A stretch of DNA of 64,000 bases, taken from positions 32,001 through 96,000 of the forward strand of contig CAWDPO010000034.1 in the NCBI GenBank assembly GCA_963804165.1, written 5' to 3'. The stretch comes from an uncultured delta proteobacterium (lineage in GTDB: Bacteria > Desulfobacterota > Binatia > UBA9968). Positions 59,215 to 64,000 of this stretch are shown piece by piece. The position numbers and the translations under genes were made by a program. How positions within the stretch are numbered: the stretch's first letter is position 1; every line of letters starts with the position of its first letter. The notes under the pieces are model-generated. The model made no database searches and was not told where the DNA came from. It worked only from the letters and a program-made list of their open reading frames with translations.

Positions 59215-60216
59215 TCACTGGTTCTTCCAAAAGATTTCCCGGAACAGTTTGTTGTGCTCCTCATAGCTGTCCGACAACGTCCAGTCGGCGGGAAAAAGTT
59301 TGAGTCCCCGAAGATATTCCGGCTGAAACTTAGGGATGGCCGGCGGCTTGTCCATCGCGAGAATCTGCCGCTGTCCCTCATCCGAGGCGAGATAGTTCAT
59401 GAACAGTCTCGCTGCCGCGGGATGCTTGGCCTCACGGGTAACCGCGGCGGAAACCAGAACAGTAATGTAGGGCTCTGCTCTGACCCACTCTATTGGCGCG
59501 CCTTTGCTCTTGAGCTCCTCGGTGCGGGCAATGTCGCTGTACACGATGATTGGAAACTCGCCGGCGGTCAGCAGCAGTGCTTGTTTGCTGTGGCCGTTGA
59601 TCAAGATCAGATCTTGTTGCGCGAGTTTCTTGAAGTAATCAGTTGCCTTCTTGCTTCCTGCAAACTGCATGTGCGCCTGGGTCACCAGATATTCCTCCCG
59701 CTCGAGGGAGATGCGCCCCTTCCATTTTGGCTGCAGCAGATCTTCGAAGGAGGTGGGCGCGTCAGCTTTCGGCACGAGTTTGGAGTTGTAGGTGATCGCG
59801 TACGGCACCAGATAGAAGCCGATCCAGTAGCCCTGCTTGTCGATGAATCCGGGCGGGAAGTTTCCGGCACCTGGCGGCGTGTAGCTCGTGATGATGTTTC
59901 TTTTCATGAAGATTCGGTGCGTGTAATTATTGATCAAAACAACGTCAGCACTGAGCTGGCGCGCCGACACTTCGCGCAGAATCTTCGACGTGAGCGCCTC
60001 GCCGGTTGTGCGGGAGTACTGCACTTTGAGAAATGGATAGCGGCGCTTGAAAGGTTCGGCGAATTTGTCGAACTGACCCGCCAGCGCCGTGCCGTAGAGG
60101 ACGAGCTCGCGCTCGTTTTGTGCCTTGGCGATGAGATCGTCCTGTGCCAGCGCTTCGGAGGCTTGCCATCCCCAGAAAAGCGAAAGCGCTATCACAATGT
60201 GCGCACTGGACTTCAT
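59215..60216 (-). CDS. ABC substrate-binding protein, Fe(III)/thiamine-type
   Basis: DLLQPKWKG, GAPIEW, AKHPAAARLF. Confidence 0.88.
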   Translation of the reverse strand: MKSSAHIVIALSLFWGWQASEALAQDDLIAKAQNERELVLYGTALAGQFDKFAEPFKRRYPFLKVQYSRTTGEALTSKILREVSARQLSADVVLINNYTHRIFMKRNIITSYTPPGAGNFPPGFIDKQGYWIGFYLVPYAITYNSKLVPKADAPTSFEDLLQPKWKGRISLEREEYLVTQAHMQFAGSKKATDYFKKLAQQDLILINGHSKQALLLTAGEFPIIVYSDIARTEELKSKGAPIEWVRAEPYITVLVSAAVTREAKHPAAARLFMNYLASDEGQRQILAMDKPPAIPKFQPEYLRGLKLFPADWTLSDSYEEHNKLFREIFWKNQ

Positions 60217-60418
60217 TGGATTTTCGCCGACTCCGAATCGTCATAGTCCGATTCACGTCCGGCTGTCAACTTTTTTGCCGCGGTGAATGGCGATCTTTCA
60301 CGCCAAAACCTGGCGGCTCCATTGCCGCGATCAGTTCATTCGTGAGATATTGACTCTCGAAGGATGAATACCGGGCTGAAATCGAAAGCATTGCCAGACA
60401 AACGGGTGGAGAATCCAA

Positions 60419-61471
60419 ATGAGTGAACTGAAAATTTACATCCTTGCCGCACTGATGGTCGCAATCATGAGCCCATCGGGTTGGGGACAAGTCAGAAGGC
60501 CGAAGACGCTCGATGAGTTGGCAGCCTACAGCGGCGCGGATCGCCATCAGATACTTCTCGATGGCGCCAAAGCGGAAGGGAAGATCGTCTGGTACACCTC
60601 GCTTTCCGGCGTTTACCGCGAGATGGTCGACTCCTTCAAACGACGGTACCCGGACATAGCGGTCGAAGTCTATCGCGGCGGTAGCACGGATCTCGGGCCG
60701 CGTTTACTCAATGAGGCGCAAGCGGGAAGGCACGTCGCCGACGCACTGGAAAGCACTCCGGGTTTGTTGATGCTGCTCCGCGAGCGCGGTTTGCTCAAAG
60801 CTTATGCATCTCCTGAGCTGGCGAGATATCCCGACGATGCAAAGACGAAAGCCGACGGCACGCGTATTTACTGGGTGACCGATCGTGAGGCGTATTTGGG
60901 ATTCGGCTACAACACGCGTTTGGTTGCGCCGGCGGAGGTACCGAAGAATTTTCAAGATCTTTTGAGGCCCGAACTTAAAGGAAAACTCGCGGTGACTACA
61001 GAAAGCTCGACTAGCCGAGTAATCGGCACCATGATCAAGCACAAGGGCGAAGAGTTCGTGAAACGCATGCGCGCGCAGGAGATACGTTTGTTCAAGGCCT
61101 CGAGCGCGGGCTTTCTTGATCTCATCGCGGCCGGCGAAGTTGCCGGATCATTCGTGGTGTTTCAGAATCAAGTAACGGTGAAGAAGGAGAAGAAAGCGCC
61201 GGTGGATTGGGTGGCGCTCGACGTGGTGCCGGCCAACGCCGGCGGCTCGGCCATCATCGCCAACGCGCCGCATCCGCATGCGGCACTGCTTTTCACCGAC
61301 TTTGTGATCGGCGCGGAAGGGCAGAAACTGATGGAACAGTTTCGCTACGGCGTGGCCTGGAAAGACTATCCGTTTAAAAGAGAATATCCCGAACGCGGCA
61401 TGACCAGCACTGATTACGAGAACGCAGAGGATAAGTGGCTGCAGTTAACGCGATCGATCACGAAGAAGTGA
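60419..61471 (+). CDS. ABC substrate-binding protein, Fe(III)/thiamine-type
   Basis: GAKAEGKIVWYTS, APHPHAALLF; close paralog of 58099..59145. Confidence 0.88.
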   Translation: MSELKIYILAALMVAIMSPSGWGQVRRPKTLDELAAYSGADRHQILLDGAKAEGKIVWYTSLSGVYREMVDSFKRRYPDIAVEVYRGGSTDLGPRLLNEAQAGRHVADALESTPGLLMLLRERGLLKAYASPELARYPDDAKTKADGTRIYWVTDREAYLGFGYNTRLVAPAEVPKNFQDLLRPELKGKLAVTTESSTSRVIGTMIKHKGEEFVKRMRAQEIRLFKASSAGFLDLIAAGEVAGSFVVFQNQVTVKKEKKAPVDWVALDVVPANAGGSAIIANAPHPHAALLFTDFVIGAEGQKLMEQFRYGVAWKDYPFKREYPERGMTSTDYENAEDKWLQLTRSITKK

Positions 61472-61482
61472 AAAATTCAAAT

Positions 61483-61566
61483 TGGAGTCCTGGAGTGTTG
61501 GAGTAATGGAGTATTGGGTGGGGAGGGTGGCCCATCACTCCACCACTCCAATACTCCATCACTCCA
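61483..61566. repeat. Periodic tandem-inverted repeat (TGGAGTNN x4 / NNACTCCA x4)
   Basis: 8-bp period in both arms, between convergent genes. Confidence 0.9.
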
Positions 61567-61570
61567 GTCT

Positions 61571-62449
61571 TTACTGTTTCGCTCTTGGTCCGAACGGTTC
61601 GGGTTGAAACGGCGCATCGCGTTCTTTCAGAAAAGCTTCCAAACCGCCTTTTTTTTTGGCGTCTTCCAACCGTTTGTTGAATTCTTCACGCTTGGTCAGC
61701 CGCGCCATCGCCGCAAGCTCGCTGTTGAGCATCCAGGCTTTCCTTAGTCCCATCATTTCCAGCCCTTGGGTCGAGATGTGTAAGTTAATCTTGACCGTTT
61801 CCGGCGGCACGTGCGCGACCCGCTCGACAAATTTGAAGCAGGTTTCCAGCAATTCGCTTTTCGGCACGACTTGATTGACTAAACCGATGCGCAGCGCTTC
61901 TTGAGCGTCAACGTGATCGCCGGTCAGTGAATAGCGCAGCGCGTTCTTGAATCCGGCGAGCGCAACCCAAATGAAATCCGTGTTCGCGCCGTGGCGTACT
62001 TCGGGCTGGCCGAAGACCGCATCGTCCGCGGCAATGGTCACATGGCAGGTGAGCGCCAGCCATGATCCCGCGCCGAAACACCAACCGCTGACCGCGCCGA
62101 CGATCGGCTTCGGATACTGCCAGCGATAGAGCTGGCGGCCGAGAATATCTTTACGGTCCGAGTCGCGAAACTTGTTGTACGTCGCGTTAAGCGAAGTTCC
62201 GGCAGGGATGCCGTAAGGCCAGGCGGTTTCTGGTTCGGCGCCGCTGATATCTTCCCCCGTAGAGAATGCCCCGCCCGCGCCGGTAATGACGACAGCCCTG
62301 ATCTCGGGATCGGTTTCAGCTTCCGCCAAGGCTTGATCGAGCTCGTCCATCAACTCTTCGTTCATCGCGTTCAAAGCCTGAGGCCGGTTGAGAGTAATGA
62401 GCACGCCTTTCCGTTGCTTCTGGTAAAGAATGTTTTGATAGTTAGCCAT
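61571..62449 (-). CDS. Enoyl-CoA hydratase/isomerase family protein
   Basis: ITLNRP..NA, AFSTGED, FGQPEVRHG. Confidence 0.9.
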   Translation of the reverse strand: MANYQNILYQKQRKGVLITLNRPQALNAMNEELMDELDQALAEAETDPEIRAVVITGAGGAFSTGEDISGAEPETAWPYGIPAGTSLNATYNKFRDSDRKDILGRQLYRWQYPKPIVGAVSGWCFGAGSWLALTCHVTIAADDAVFGQPEVRHGANTDFIWVALAGFKNALRYSLTGDHVDAQEALRIGLVNQVVPKSELLETCFKFVERVAHVPPETVKINLHISTQGLEMMGLRKAWMLNSELAAMARLTKREEFNKRLEDAKKKGGLEAFLKERDAPFQPEPFGPRAKQ

Positions 62450-62476
62450 GTGTCGCTCCCTGTTAGAATCGTTAAT

Positions 62477-62561
62477 TGGAATGATGGAGTAGTGGAGTGT
62501 TGGAGTATTGGGTTCGGAAATTCTTTTCCATCACTCCAGTTACTCAATACTCCATTACTCC
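62477..62561. repeat. Periodic tandem-inverted repeat (TGGAGT core, 8-bp period)
   Basis: 4 units plus 4 inverted units; right arm overlaps the stop of the upstream gene. Confidence 0.88.
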
Positions 62562-63437
62562 GCCTTCTTCTTCGCTCTCGGTCCGAACGGTTCCGGTTGG
62601 AATGGGCCGTCGCGCATTTGCAGATATTCGCGAATGCCTTTGTTGGCGCGCGCGTCGTCCAACGGTTTGCGCAGTTCCTCGCGCAGCATGATATGCGCGG
62701 GCGCAGACATTTGTTTGTCGTAGGTCAGGGCGTCGCGCAGTCCCATCATATCGAGTCCCATGGTCGCGATCTGCAGGTTGATTTTCACCGTCTCCGGCGG
62801 CACGTGGGCGATGCGCTCGACGATTTTGAAACATTCATCGAGCAATTGATCCGCCGGCACGACCTTGACGACCAAGCCGATGCGCAGGGCTTCCTGAGCG
62901 TCGATGTGATCGCCGGTGAGACCATAACGTAGCGCGTTTTTGTAGCCGCCGAGCAAGGTCCACATAAAGCTCGTATTCGAGCCGTGGCGCACTTCAGGCT
63001 GAGCGAACACGGCATTTTCCGCGGCGAGGGTGATGTGGGTGAAAAGCGACAGCCACGATCCGGCGCCCATCGCCCAGCCGTTGATTGCGCCGATGATCGG
63101 TTTGCCGAACTCCCACATGCGGCGAAAGTTGCGCGGATCGACGCGCCACGAGTCGATGACTTCGGCGGCGGTCTGCCCGGTGACGATGCCGTAGGGCCAG
63201 TGAATATCGCGGCGCCGTCCCGCTCGATTCCCCTGATCCATGCCGGCGGAAAAAGCGCGGCCCGCGCCGGTGAGCACGATCGCGCGAACTTCGTTGTCTT
63301 CTTCCGCTTCGTCCAAGGCTTGGTGCATTTCCTTGATCATGCTGCGACTGATCGCGTTCATCGCCTCCGGGCGGTTGAGCGTGATCAATGCGCCACCGCG
63401 CTTGTTTCTCGTACAGGATTTCTTTGTAGTCGGGCAT
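62555..63437 (-). CDS. Enoyl-CoA hydratase/isomerase family protein, frameshift near 63398
   Basis: MPDYKEILYEKQ in one frame joins ITLNRPEAMNA; paralog of downstream gene. Confidence 0.88.
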
Positions 63438-63458
63438 TCCGAACTCCTTTATTTATGG

Positions 63459-63560
63459 GTTCCAGCAGTTCCAGTCGTTCCAGATGTTCCAATCGTTTAG
63501 GCCCTTCGACTTTTGTTCCGAAACGTTTGGAACCATTGGAACCTATGGAACGATTGGAAC
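63459..63560. repeat. Periodic tandem-inverted repeat (GTTCCANNN x4 / NNNTGGAAC x4)
   Basis: 9-bp period in both arms. Confidence 0.9.
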
Positions 63561-64000
63561 TATCTTTTGTTCTTTCTTTCCTCTTCCAGCTGCTTCAAAA
63601 ACGATAGATCCATCACATCGGCGCCGTTGATGTTCATCGTCGACAGCATGCGGTCGCTGGCGATCATGTTTTCCATCGCTTTCACGGTGACCATTGGCAG
63701 ACCCGGCGTGACTTGGGTGTAGACGCGGCGGGTTTCTTCCAGCTCGTCGAAGTTGTTGGATTTATAGAACTCGCCCAAATATTTATGCACCGCGTCCTTG
63801 TTTCTTTCATCCCGGTAAAAATCCATGCCGTCGGCTAGACCGCGCATGAAGCTCATCACCGTTTCGCGATCGCTTTTGATGAAGGAGCGCAACGTTACCG
63901 GCCCGGCGACGACATATTCGTAATCGCTCTTGGAAAAATCCACCCAGACCGGCAAACCTGCTTTGCGCGCGCGTAAAGTAATCGGCGGCTGAAACACCGA
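63560..64000 (-). CDS. ABC substrate-binding protein C-terminal part, NMT1/SsuA-like (truncated by window edge)
   Basis: QPP..LRARKAG, FMRGLADG, MDLSFLKQLE resemble the other paralogs. Confidence 0.75.
   Translation of the reverse strand, partial: SVFQPPITLRARKAGLPVWVDFSKSDYEYVVAGPVTLRSFIKSDRETVMSFMRGLADGMDFYRDERNKDAVHKYLGEFYKSNNFDELEETRRVYTQVTPGLPMVTVKAMENMIASDRMLSTMNINGADVMDLSFLKQLEEERKNKR

Noticed and set aside
61483-63560. Periodic repeats as CRISPR arrays
   Set aside because: Units are 7-9 bp with no 25-45 bp unique spacers, and no cas genes are present.

Overview
GC-rich bacterial chromosomal window. Gene content (many NMT1/SsuA-type binding proteins, amidohydrolases, cupins, CaiB, crotonases) suggests a Candidatus Binatia-like deltaproteobacterium, which is an inference only. 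Positions ~350-9200 are a decaying integron cassette array: same-strand small genes separated by intact, degenerate, half-deleted or collapsed attC sites, with no intI in the window. The rest is metabolic: a coupled plant-type threonine synthase/cystathionine gamma-synthase pair, prpC-prpD-prpB divergent from acuI and a double CaiB CoA-transferase, a Rieske oxygenase, a GT2-GtrA-ArnT/PMT fusion, a thiolase-like/DUF35 pair, and 11 ABC substrate-binding proteins with no permease or ATPase. The ORF track misses a probable selenocysteine GST (UGA at the active-site Cys plus a SECIS-like hairpin) and a 34-aa membrane peptide. Intergenic DNA holds several families of 7-9 bp periodic tandem-inverted repeats, GTAG/CGTC-type REPs, an IS5-like element, a nested REP>MITE>REP>IS1182 stack and four sigma54-type promoters. 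Scattered single-base frameshifts, including in ordinary genes, may be sequencing errors. No rRNA, tRNA or CRISPR array was seen.
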